This document shows positions 1 through 8,453 of a stretch of 64,000 nucleotides of DNA, piece by piece. The stretch is from an uncultured Gemmatimonadales bacterium (GTDB taxonomy: Bacteria; Gemmatimonadota; Gemmatimonadetes; Gemmatimonadales; GWC2-71-9). The notes below the pieces were generated by a model. It had not been told where the DNA came from. It made no database searches and worked only from the letters and a program-made list of their open reading frames with translations. Within the stretch, counting starts at the first letter, position 1. Each line of letters begins with the position of its first letter. The position numbers and the translations under genes were made by a program. The stretch is taken from contig CAVUAK010000001.1 of NCBI GenBank assembly GCA_963739455.1, positions 1,376,001-1,440,000 of the forward strand. The letters are read 5' to 3'.

Positions 1-1
1 C

Positions 2-679
2 TCGTCGGCCACCAACCACAACGGCGGTGCGCTCGCCTTCGGGCCCGATGGCAAGCTGTACGTTGCGGTGGGCGAGAACGCCAATCCGTCCAACGCCCAG
101 CTGCTGACCAACATCTTCGGCAAGATGCTGCGCTTCAATTCCGACGGGTCGATCCCGACCGACAACCCGTTCTTCAGCAGCACCACGGGGATCAGCCAGT
201 CGATCTGGGCGTATGGGCTCCGCAACCCGTTCACCTTCGTGTTCGAGCCTGGCAGCAGCACGATGTTCATCAACGACGTGGGCCAGGACACCTGGGAAGA
301 GATCGATCTCGGCCGCGCCGGCGCCAACTACGGGTGGCCGACATCGGAGGGTGTCACGACCAACCCGAGCTTCGACTCACCGTTGTTTGCGTATGGGCAC
401 TCGTCCAACAGCACGCTGGTCACCGGCAACGCCATCGTGGGCGGCGCCTTCTACCGGCCGAGCACGGTGCAGTTCCCGTCGTCGTGGGTGGGGCAGTACT
501 TCTTCGGCGACTATGTGGCCGGGTGGGTGAACCGGATGGACCGCAACAACGGCAACGCGGTGTACGCCTTTGCCCGCCTGGGGAACCTCACCGATGTGCG
601 AGTGGGGAGTGACGGAGCGCTGTACGTGCTGGCGGACGTCGGGAATGGGTGGGGGGTGTACCGATACAGCCGGCCGTAG
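2..679 (+). CDS. PQQ-dependent sugar dehydrogenase (glucose/sorbosone dehydrogenase family), 5' truncated by window edge
   Basis: Motifs NHNGGALAFGPDGKLYVAVGE, WAYGLRNP, DVGQDTWEEI, GANYGWP. Confidence 0.88.
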   Translation, partial: SSATNHNGGALAFGPDGKLYVAVGENANPSNAQLLTNIFGKMLRFNSDGSIPTDNPFFSSTTGISQSIWAYGLRNPFTFVFEPGSSTMFINDVGQDTWEEIDLGRAGANYGWPTSEGVTTNPSFDSPLFAYGHSSNSTLVTGNAIVGGAFYRPSTVQFPSSWVGQYFFGDYVAGWVNRMDRNNGNAVYAFARLGNLTDVRVGSDGALYVLADVGNGWGVYRYSRP

Positions 680-682
680 GGA

Positions 683-740
683 GACGTGAGGACGTGAGGA
701 CGTGAGGACGTGAAGACGTGAAGACGTGAAGACGTGAAGA
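683..740 (+). repeat. Tandem octamer array (GACGTGAG)3(GACGTGAA)4
   Basis: Read directly; fills almost the whole gap between two convergent stop codons. Confidence 0.97.
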
Positions 741-741
741 G

Positions 742-1137
742 TTATTGAAGAACTACCGTGCCTGGGCCTGAGACCTTGTTGATGTGACATCCATCGGGGA
801 CTGAGAAGACGTAGTCAACCGTCATTGCCTGCGTGCCCTTGGAGATGCGTGCCTGCACCGACTCGCCCGACCGGCGAATGGCGCTGGTGCTGCCGTCGTC
901 GACGAGGATATAAGTGCCGGGCACTGGAAGCATCAGTGACGTGGGCACGAGTACCTGTCCCGTGCGCACCAGGGTGGCGGTGACGGACGCCTCTTGCACC
1001 GGCTGGCCCGATCCATCGACGACGGTGACCCCGACGGTTGCGAACGAGGCAGTGCACGCGTCGCCCGGCATGCCATCGCTGCTGCAGGCGGCGATGGAGA
1101 GCAACACCGCCGGGAAGCCAACCTTTGCTATCCGCAT
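742..1137 (-). CDS. Small hypothetical lipoprotein (carboxypeptidase-regulatory/Ig-like beta sandwich)
   Basis: Lipobox IAAC; VTVVDGSGQPVQEASVT pattern. Confidence 0.6.
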   Translation of the reverse strand: MRIAKVGFPAVLLSIAACSSDGMPGDACTASFATVGVTVVDGSGQPVQEASVTATLVRTGQVLVPTSLMLPVPGTYILVDDGSTSAIRRSGESVQARISKGTQAMTVDYVFSVPDGCHINKVSGPGTVVLQ

Positions 1138-1147
1138 GGTTCCCCCG

Positions 1148-2410
1148 TCATTTCGGCTTCGCGCCGAGCATCGCCGCCGCTGACCGCATCATGGCCTGAA
1201 ACGGGCCCCGGTCCGGGGCGTCGTCGTTGGCGGTGTTGAACGCGATGATGAATGCCTCACTGGTGGCGGGATTCAATGCCACGAACAGGCGGAATCCGGC
1301 CTGCGATCCGGTATGTCCCACCAGCTTCGTGCCGTTCAGCGAATCCACCGTGAATGAAAGCCCGAATGGGCTCACTCCGCCACCAGTGAGGGGGGTCGGC
1401 CGCCACATCTCCTCCAGGGTGCTGTGCTTGAGCACCGTCTCGTATCGACGAGCGAGCGCCGTATCACCCCTGCTCGCATTGGTGAGGAAGCCAACCCACG
1501 TCACGACGTCGGCGAGAGGCGCGTTCCATCCGCCGTTCGGGATGGTGATCCCCGGATCGAAGTCGCGCCCGTATGCGACCACGGTTTCATGTCCCGTGCT
1601 GTCCCGCTCGATGTCGTAGCTGTTGGCGCGGTCTGCGGCCAGGAAGTAGGGCGTCGTGCCGAAGTAGCTGCGGGTCATGCCGAGCGGGGTCCAGATGTTC
1701 TTCTGGATGTAGGACTGGTAGGGGTCGCCGGTGATCGCCTCGATGATCCGCGCGAGGTAGATGAACGCCGGGTTGCTGTAGCTGGACTTCGAGCCCGGCG
1801 GATAGAGGACCTGCTGGTAGGGCATCATCGCCACCAGCTGCTCCCAGCGGGTCGGCTCGAAGGGCTGCCAGGGCGCACCGCTGCCGTACGGCCAGGTGCC
1901 GTCCATGAACCCGGAGGTGTGTGACAGCAGCATGCGAATGGTGATGTCATCCATGGAGCCGTACGGGTTGTGCACCTGCCGGAGTTCGGGCACCCAGGTG
2001 GTGACCTTGTCGTCGAGGGTGAGCTTGCCGCGATCGCGCAGCTGCATGATGGCGACGGCGGTGAGCGTCTTGGTGACCGATGCCCAGTGATAGATGGTGC
2101 GCTCGTTCACCTTCTGCATGCTGTCCCGGTCGGCGATGCCGTACTCCAGGTGCCGCACCACGAGGCCGTCCCGGACCAGCACGGCACTGGCCCCGAAGAT
2201 CCCCTGGGCCGTTACATAGGCCTGGAGGTTTTCGGTGAAGGTGTCCCAGCCGGGGGCGGGGGCTGGGGCTGGGGCCGGTCGCCTGGACTGGGCGTGGAGG
2301 AGGCCGGGGAGGGCGGGGAGGGCGGGGAAGGCGGGGAAGGCGGGGAAGGCGGGTGTCGAGATCGCCAGAATCGCCATAAACCGCCGCCAATTCAGCATTT
2401 TCGGGGTCAC
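1148..2410 (-). CDS. Serine hydrolase, beta-lactamase class C/AmpC-like family, secreted
   Basis: SxxK (ASVTK), LLSHTSG, YSN, GHTG motifs; N-terminus contains repeat-derived PAFPAFPAFPALPALP. Confidence 0.9.
   Translation of the reverse strand: MTPKMLNWRRFMAILAISTPAFPAFPAFPALPALPGLLHAQSRRPAPAPAPAPGWDTFTENLQAYVTAQGIFGASAVLVRDGLVVRHLEYGIADRDSMQKVNERTIYHWASVTKTLTAVAIMQLRDRGKLTLDDKVTTWVPELRQVHNPYGSMDDITIRMLLSHTSGFMDGTWPYGSGAPWQPFEPTRWEQLVAMMPYQQVLYPPGSKSSYSNPAFIYLARIIEAITGDPYQSYIQKNIWTPLGMTRSYFGTTPYFLAADRANSYDIERDSTGHETVVAYGRDFDPGITIPNGGWNAPLADVVTWVGFLTNASRGDTALARRYETVLKHSTLEEMWRPTPLTGGGVSPFGLSFTVDSLNGTKLVGHTGSQAGFRLFVALNPATSEAFIIAFNTANDDAPDRGPFQAMMRSAAAMLGAKPK
2303..2353 (+). repeat. G-rich nonamer array (GGCGGGGAR)x~5 inside a minus-strand signal peptide
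   Basis: Read directly; translated as PAF/PAL. Confidence 0.95.
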
Positions 2411-2500
2411 CGTTGTCCTTGAGGGGGCTTTGGAGTAGGTTTTACGGCTCTACGGGTGCGCCTTGGGCTCACCCCTGACTCAATGTTCAGCGAGGCTGCA

Positions 2501-2701
2501 ATGATCGAAGTTCGTCTGAGCGACACCGACTCGCTGGAGCGGGCGCTCAAGGTCTTCAAGAAGAAGCTGCAGAAGTCGGGTCTCCTTCGGGAGCTGCGGC
2601 GCCGTCGGCACTACGTGAAGCCGAGCGAGGCGCGTGCGCTCAAGACCGCCGCGGCTCAGCGCCGGGCCCGGAAGAAGACCGACACGAAGGAAACCTGGTA
2701 A
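2501..2701 (+). CDS. rpsU: 30S ribosomal protein bS21
   Basis: MIEVRLSDTDSLERALKVFKKKLQKSGLLRELRRRRHYVKPSE; GAGG upstream of ATG 2501. Confidence 0.93.
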   Translation: MIEVRLSDTDSLERALKVFKKKLQKSGLLRELRRRRHYVKPSEARALKTAAAQRRARKKTDTKETW

Positions 2702-2708
2702 CGCTGCT

Positions 2709-3269
2709 TCAGCGGGGCCAGAGCCATCCAAAAGCTCCTGCCGTAACCAGGCCGTAGATCAAGCCGTCAAGCACTTCCTTGGCGGCAATGGACCACGGCT
2801 TCCCCATCCAGATAGCAGCAGGCAACTGACCTGCCGCGTACGCCAGAAACGCCACCAGTGCGACGGTGTGGAACACCATCATGTACGTGGTGCCGACTGG
2901 CAGCACGGTACAGGCGACGCACGCCACGAGGGTCGATACCACCAGCGAGAACACGAACCACTGGCCCAGGCTCTTTCCCATTCCCACCACTCCGTTGGGC
3001 CGCAGGTTGAGCACCGCCACCGGTCCCTCCGCCAGCTTTGCGAGGTGCTCAGGACTTCCCATCTGCTTCATGTCGGAAATGTGCGGGATGATGTACTGCC
3101 CCGGGGGCGCGCTGGTGCCCCGGAACGCCGCGCGAAAGGCGTCCTCATTGGGCAGGATCTTGTAGTCCGAGGCGTGGTACTTGAGCACCATGTGGATCAG
3201 GGTGCTGCAGACGAAGACCAGGACCGCAGAGAGCACGATGGGGAGCCAGAGCGCGCTGAGCGAAACCAT
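2709..3269 (-). CDS. Conserved hypothetical integral membrane protein (about 4 TM)
   Basis: Hydrophobic segments; GGAG RBS; clean ORF. Confidence 0.75.
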   Translation of the reverse strand: MVSLSALWLPIVLSAVLVFVCSTLIHMVLKYHASDYKILPNEDAFRAAFRGTSAPPGQYIIPHISDMKQMGSPEHLAKLAEGPVAVLNLRPNGVVGMGKSLGQWFVFSLVVSTLVACVACTVLPVGTTYMMVFHTVALVAFLAYAAGQLPAAIWMGKPWSIAAKEVLDGLIYGLVTAGAFGWLWPR

Positions 3270-3308
3270 TGATGGAGCTCCGAATGGGGGCGGGACTTAG
3301 GGTAAGGC

Positions 3309-3332
3309 GAGAAGAGGGAAGAGGGAAGAGGG
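3309..3332 (+). repeat. Heptamer array (GGGAAGA)x3
   Basis: Read directly; abuts the stop codon at 3333. Confidence 0.85.
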
Positions 3333-4355
3333 CTAGGGCGCCGCAACGGTTCCGGTGACGCCTGTCGTCACGAGGCGGAATAGCCCGTGGTAGTCAATGT
3401 CGGGGGTGTCCCCCCGCCCGGTGATCACGGCGACCATATCCAGGTCGCGATGTACCACCACATACTGCCCGCCCTGGCCTGCCATGTAGGGAGTGCCGTC
3501 GGGAGCAATCCACCAGAGAAAACCATATCCACTCGCCGTCGGGTCCGGTCCGCCGGCCTCCACCTGCTTCGTCATCGCCTGGTGCAGATAGTCGGCGGGA
3601 ACGAGCTGCTGTCCCTCCCAGCACCCTCCGCGGAGTGCCAGGAGGCCAAGCTTGCCGAGTTCGCGCGCGGTCAGGAGAAGGCCGGCAGCACCGTCACCAC
3701 TGCCATCGAGCTCGAGCCTCGGCCAGCGCGATTCATCCACGTCAATATCGAGCGGCTTCCACAGCGCCGCCCGGGAGAACTTGAGCGCGCTCTCCTTGCT
3801 GGACTGCCCGATCGCGCGAACCAGGAACTGCACACCCTCGTTGCTGTAGTGGAAGGTGGTACCCGGCTGCGACATGAGCCGGAGCATCAGCGGCTTGTCC
3901 TGGTACCAGACGTCGCTGAGCCCACTGGTCATGGTGAGGAGCTGGCGGATCGTGATCTTCCCTGCGGGGCGCCCTTCGGGCGGCGCCACCTGGGGCACCA
4001 GCTGGATCAGCGGCTGGTCGAGTGAGTCGATGAACCCGCGCTCGAGCGCGATGCCCACCAGGTATGAAGTGACGGTCTTCGTAACCGACGCCACCGGCGC
4101 GGGCTGACCGCGACTTCCGCCATGGAAATACTCCTCGACGGCAACCTGACCATGGCGAACGACGAGGAGGCTGGTCACTCCAGGCATGGCGCGGGTCCGC
4201 GCCACGAGCGCGTTCACCGAATCGGCATTCAGCCCCAGCGCCGCTGGCGTCGCCACCTGCCACTTCTTCGTGGGCCATACCTCGGCTCCGGTGCCGCAGG
4301 TCGCCGCAGGTGTTGCCACCTGTACCAGGAGGGCCAGAATGCCTGCCATCACCAT
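3333..4355 (-). CDS. Serine hydrolase, beta-lactamase class C / 6-aminohexanoate-dimer hydrolase-like
   Basis: ASVTK, LLTMTSG, YSN, YGFLWW, GQGGQ; start moved to ATG 4355 after GGAGG. Confidence 0.88.
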   Translation of the reverse strand: MVMAGILALLVQVATPAATCGTGAEVWPTKKWQVATPAALGLNADSVNALVARTRAMPGVTSLLVVRHGQVAVEEYFHGGSRGQPAPVASVTKTVTSYLVGIALERGFIDSLDQPLIQLVPQVAPPEGRPAGKITIRQLLTMTSGLSDVWYQDKPLMLRLMSQPGTTFHYSNEGVQFLVRAIGQSSKESALKFSRAALWKPLDIDVDESRWPRLELDGSGDGAAGLLLTARELGKLGLLALRGGCWEGQQLVPADYLHQAMTKQVEAGGPDPTASGYGFLWWIAPDGTPYMAGQGGQYVVVHRDLDMVAVITGRGDTPDIDYHGLFRLVTTGVTGTVAAP

Positions 4356-4590
4356 CAGGACTACCTCCGGTTGCTGATCGGGTCGTGCAATACGACGGCC
4401 GGGGTGCAGGCTTTCGCACATCGTCCCGCGAGGGTCGCGGGCAAAGTGCCGTGCGTGGAGCGCTGCAGGGAATTGCTCGCGCGAAACGTCGCCAGAACGC
4501 CTTGCGGCATCAACGGTTGGAGCGGGGGTTTTCGCGAGCAGAACGGTTCGCCACGTGCAGTAGTTCTGGGCGTCCCCAACCTGACACTAC

Positions 4591-6456
4591 GTGCCCCCAG
4601 CCTCGCGCAACCTGCTGCAGGCCTCATCAGCTCATGCGACCCGCTGGGTAACGGGCTCGCTGTCGCTGGGCGCCGGCCTTGCCACCATCCTCGCATCCGC
4701 GCATTCCTGCGGCCTCATCGGCGACGCCTCTGCGACGCGACGCACCGTGATGGACTTCGGTGTCCACTGGGTGGGCGTGACGCCCGCGCACGATACCCTG
4801 GAATCACTCGGTGACACGGTGCGGCTCGCCGCCTCGATCACCGACCAGCGAGGCACGGCGCTGATCGGCGCGTCGCTCACCTGGAGCAGCGAGAATCCCC
4901 AGGTGGCGACGGTGGACAGTTCGGGTGTTGCCGTGGCACAGGCACCAGGTGCCACCTACATCGTGGCGCATGTGGGCGAGAAATCAGGCCGGTCGCGCCT
5001 GGTGGTGGCGCCGCGGATGGCGCGGCTCGAGATCATCGACACGATAGTGACCATCGGTGAAGGCTACAGTCGCCGGGTGGTGTCGCGGGCCCTGGACGCG
5101 CGGGGCCATGTGGCGCCGGCGGTCCCGGTGACATGGGTATCGTCGGACACGGCGGTGCTTGTCGTGAACGATTCAGGCGTGGTTACCGGCGTCGGGGCCG
5201 GCGAGGCCGACGTGACGGTAATGCACACCGGGGTGCTTGCCACCGTGCACGCATCGGTGGCGCCGGTACCGGGGCGGCTGCTGTCGCTCGATGGCAACTC
5301 GCAGTCGGCGGACGCAGGAACAAAGCTCGCCACCCCGGTGCGCGTGCTCCTCGAATCGCGGCGCGGCCGGCCCATGGCAGGCGTCAGCGTGCACTTCGTC
5401 GCGGAGCGTGGCGGCACCGCCGACCCAGCCTACGCGACCACGAACGCCGAGGGGATTGCCGTAAGCAACTGGACGCTGGGTCCGCTGCCGGGGCGGCAGC
5501 GCCTCTCGGCGTCGTGCGCCGAGCTGGACAGTGTGGCGGTGCTGGTGGCGGAGGCAGAGCCAACGGCGACCAATACCCGCGTGACGCCGGTGGGGTATCC
5601 GTGGAGCGGTGTCGCCGGCGCTCCCGTGCCGCTCCACGTCGCGGTGCAGCTCACCGATTCATCGGGGCGGCTGCTGCCGGGCGTGCCGGTGACCTGGGTC
5701 GCGCTGGACAGCGGCACCATCACCACGGTGGAGTCGCGCACCGACTCGATGGGTGAGTCGCACGCTTCATGGCTCCTGGCGCGTCGCGCCGGGACGCAGC
5801 GTGCCCGGGTACGGGTTGGCAACGGGCGCAATGTTCCGGTGGCACCGGTGATCGCGGCGGGTGTTGCCGGAGCGCCGGCGCTGCTGCTCGGCGGCGATGG
5901 AAATGCGCAGAGGGGCATCGCGGGTGAGGCGCTGCGGAAGCCGATCTCGGTGGAAGTGCGCGACGACGCGGGAAATGCGGTGCCGGGCGCCAGCGTCGTG
6001 GCATCGGTGCTGGCGGGGACGGTGGCGGACAGCGTCGCGATCACCGATTCGATGGGCGTGGCGTCGTTCCGCTGGTCGCTTGGTGCCAAGGCGGGACGAC
6101 AGCAGATGGTGGTGCGCTCGGGCGCGCTGCCGCCCCTCACGGCGACGGTGCTCGCGGCCCCGGGTACCCCGGCCAACATCGAGTTCGTGTCGCCGCCGAC
6201 CAGCGGCACGGCGGGGAAGGTGCTGTCGCGACCGGTGCGCCTGGTGATCACCGATGTACACGGCAACCGTGTCACCGATCGCCAGGTGACGCTATCGGCG
6301 ACGTCGGGCTCACTGGCGCCGACGCGCGCAATGCCTGCGCCCGACGGTTCCGTGACGGCGAAGTGGCGACTGGGAAGCAAGCGCGGAGTTCAAGTGCTCA
6401 CCGCCGAGGTGCGGGGGACGGCGGTGAGGGCAAAGACCGAGGTTACGGTGCGGTAG
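4591..6456 (+). CDS. Secreted multi-Ig-like-domain (Big_2/Big_1, invasin/intimin-like) protein
   Basis: TWSSENPQVATVDSSG, TWVSSDTAV, and repeated GD.Q.G..G..L..P..V and TD..G.A...W.LG units. Confidence 0.82.
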   Translation: MPPASRNLLQASSAHATRWVTGSLSLGAGLATILASAHSCGLIGDASATRRTVMDFGVHWVGVTPAHDTLESLGDTVRLAASITDQRGTALIGASLTWSSENPQVATVDSSGVAVAQAPGATYIVAHVGEKSGRSRLVVAPRMARLEIIDTIVTIGEGYSRRVVSRALDARGHVAPAVPVTWVSSDTAVLVVNDSGVVTGVGAGEADVTVMHTGVLATVHASVAPVPGRLLSLDGNSQSADAGTKLATPVRVLLESRRGRPMAGVSVHFVAERGGTADPAYATTNAEGIAVSNWTLGPLPGRQRLSASCAELDSVAVLVAEAEPTATNTRVTPVGYPWSGVAGAPVPLHVAVQLTDSSGRLLPGVPVTWVALDSGTITTVESRTDSMGESHASWLLARRAGTQRARVRVGNGRNVPVAPVIAAGVAGAPALLLGGDGNAQRGIAGEALRKPISVEVRDDAGNAVPGASVVASVLAGTVADSVAITDSMGVASFRWSLGAKAGRQQMVVRSGALPPLTATVLAAPGTPANIEFVSPPTSGTAGKVLSRPVRLVITDVHGNRVTDRQVTLSATSGSLAPTRAMPAPDGSVTAKWRLGSKRGVQVLTAEVRGTAVRAKTEVTVR

Positions 6457-6964
6457 ACCGCGCCATCGCTACGTCCTGCTCCATGGTGTTGCCGAAGAGG
6501 TAAGGCGCGGTTCCCACCTGCACGAAGCCACACTTTCGATAGAAGGCGTGCGCCCGGAAGTTCTTGAACCACGCCAGCAGCCAGATGGTCTCCCGTCCAC
6601 GCCGGCGTGCCTCGACATCGACAGCGGCCATGAGCTGCCGCGCGACGCCCTTTCCCTTCCACACCTGGTCGACGTAGAAGCGCCGGATCTGCAGTGGCGC
6701 CGGGCCGGTGACGCATTCCGGTACCGGGTCCACACCGAGCAGGGTGTAGCCAATGGCGTTGCCGCTGTCGTCCTCGAGGATCAGTGTCGTCGTGTCGGGG
6801 TCGGCGAGCTCGGCGGCCTGCTGGGCAAGGCCAAAGTGCCGGTCCATGTGAACCTGGAGATCAGCGCTCGAGTCGTCGCCACTGTAGGCGTCGTGGAAGG
6901 TGCGACGCGCCACGGCGGCGAGCAGCGCCGCGTCAGCGGGAGTGGCGTGACGGACAGATGGCAC
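6443..6964 (-). CDS. GNAT N-acetyltransferase (PaiA/SSAT-like)
   Basis: RFYV...KGKGVARQLM and NFRAHAFYRKCGF acetyl-CoA motifs. Confidence 0.88.
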   Translation of the reverse strand: MPSVRHATPADAALLAAVARRTFHDAYSGDDSSADLQVHMDRHFGLAQQAAELADPDTTTLILEDDSGNAIGYTLLGVDPVPECVTGPAPLQIRRFYVDQVWKGKGVARQLMAAVDVEARRRGRETIWLLAWFKNFRAHAFYRKCGFVQVGTAPYLFGNTMEQDVAMARSTAP

Positions 6965-6970
6965 GGTCGG

Positions 6971-7666
6971 TCAGGTGAAGCGCGCCGCAAACGCCGCGGC
7001 GAGCTCGGGGCCGGCGGTGTCATTGTCGTGCTTGAAGTAGATCCACGCCTCTTCCCAGGGCTGGGCCTTGATCGTGGCCGCCCAGGTATCGAGCTCGGCG
7101 GGCTCATAGGCCGGCTTGTGGAGGCGGAGGTAGCCGTAGGGAGCGGTGACGGAGGTAACGGCCTCCGTGTCCTCGCTCTCGGCGGTGACAAGCGCTACCT
7201 CGTGCTGGCGCAGCAGGGTGTACACGTCGTCGGTGAACCAGGTGGCGTGGCGGAATTCGATCGCGGCCTTCCAGCGCTTCGGAATGAGTGGCAGGAAGGC
7301 CGCAAGGCGTGGCAGGTCGAGCTTCATGTTGGGCGGCAACTGGAACAGCGTTGGCCCGCGCTTGTCACCGAGCGCAGTGCAGACGCGGAGGAGGTAGGTC
7401 ATCAGCTCCTCGGTGTCCTTGAGGCGCGCGTGGTGCGTGATGCGCTGTGAGGCCTTGATGCTGAAGGTGAAGGTGTCGGGCACGGCGGCGGCCCAGTCCA
7501 TCACCACGGATTCCTTGGGAAGGCGATAGAAGGTGTTGTTGATCTCGACGGTCGGGAAGCGGGCCGCGTAGAAGGGAAGCATCTCGGCGGCGGGCAGGGA
7601 CTTGGGGTAGAAGGAGCCCTTCCATTCGGGAAAGGAATAGCCGCTGGTGCCGACGTGGATGCGCAT
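6971..7666 (-). CDS. DUF72 domain protein
   Basis: VGTSGYS, VEINNTFY, FQLPP, EFRH, YLRLH. Confidence 0.92.
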   Translation of the reverse strand: MRIHVGTSGYSFPEWKGSFYPKSLPAAEMLPFYAARFPTVEINNTFYRLPKESVVMDWAAAVPDTFTFSIKASQRITHHARLKDTEELMTYLLRVCTALGDKRGPTLFQLPPNMKLDLPRLAAFLPLIPKRWKAAIEFRHATWFTDDVYTLLRQHEVALVTAESEDTEAVTSVTAPYGYLRLHKPAYEPAELDTWAATIKAQPWEEAWIYFKHDNDTAGPELAAAFAARFT

Positions 7667-7680
7667 GGGGGAAATGTAAA

Positions 7681-7708
7681 GGCGGGGAGGGCGGGGAGGG
7701 CGGGGAGG
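7681..7708 (+). repeat. Nonamer array (GGCGGGGAG)3 in a divergent intergenic region
   Basis: Read directly; contains GGGGAGGG twice. Confidence 0.95.
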
Positions 7709-7742
7709 TTCGACCCTCCTGGCCTCCTGCTAGCTTTCCCCC

Positions 7743-8453
7743 ATGGCCAGCGCGCGCGAGCTCACGATTCCGGTGGATGGCGGCTCCGTATCCGGCATCC
7801 TCGTGGTTCCCGATGTAGCAGGGGCGTGCTACGTGATGGCGCACGGCGCCGGGGCGGGGATGCGGCACGCATTCCTCGAGGCGACGGCAGCGGCGCTGGC
7901 CGCGCGCCAGATCGCGACGCTGCGGTACCAGTTCCCCTACATGGAGCAGCGGCGCGGGCGACCGGACACGCCCACCGTGGCGATGGGGACGGTGCGGGCG
8001 GCGATCGGCGCTGCAGCAACAGAGTTGCCGGGCATGCCGCTTTTTGCCGGTGGAAAGTCCTTCGGTGGGCGCATGACATCGGAGCTCGCGAGCAGGGAGG
8101 AGTTGCCAGGGGTGCTGGGGCTCGCGTTCCTGGGCTTTCCACTGCATGCGCCGAACAAGCCGGACGTGAAGCGCTCGACGCACCTGTACCAGGTGACGCT
8201 GCCGATGCTGTTCCTGCAGGGGACGCGGGACGACCTGGCGGAAATGGGCAGGATGCGGAGTGTGTGCGCCGACCTCAACAACAGCGGGAACAGGGAAGAG
8301 GGAAGAGGGGCGACGCTTCATGAGGTGGAGGGAGCGGACCACTCTTTCCACGTGCTCAAGCGCTCGGGGCGGACCGATGCGCAGGTCCTGGATGAGCTGT
8401 GCGATACAATGCGCCAATGGATGTCGCAGGTGGGCGCTAACTTTCCCGTGTGA
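7743..8453 (+). CDS. Alpha/beta hydrolase (dienelactone-hydrolase-like)
   Basis: AHGAGAGM, GGKSFGGR nucleophile elbow, QGTRD, GADHS. Confidence 0.88.
   Translation: MASARELTIPVDGGSVSGILVVPDVAGACYVMAHGAGAGMRHAFLEATAAALAARQIATLRYQFPYMEQRRGRPDTPTVAMGTVRAAIGAAATELPGMPLFAGGKSFGGRMTSELASREELPGVLGLAFLGFPLHAPNKPDVKRSTHLYQVTLPMLFLQGTRDDLAEMGRMRSVCADLNNSGNREEGRGATLHEVEGADHSFHVLKRSGRTDAQVLDELCDTMRQWMSQVGANFPV

Noticed and set aside
1148..4355. Two beta-lactamase-fold genes as an antibiotic-resistance island
   Set aside because: Generic SxxK serine hydrolases with no mobile element or compositional shift. Substrate cannot be inferred from sequence.
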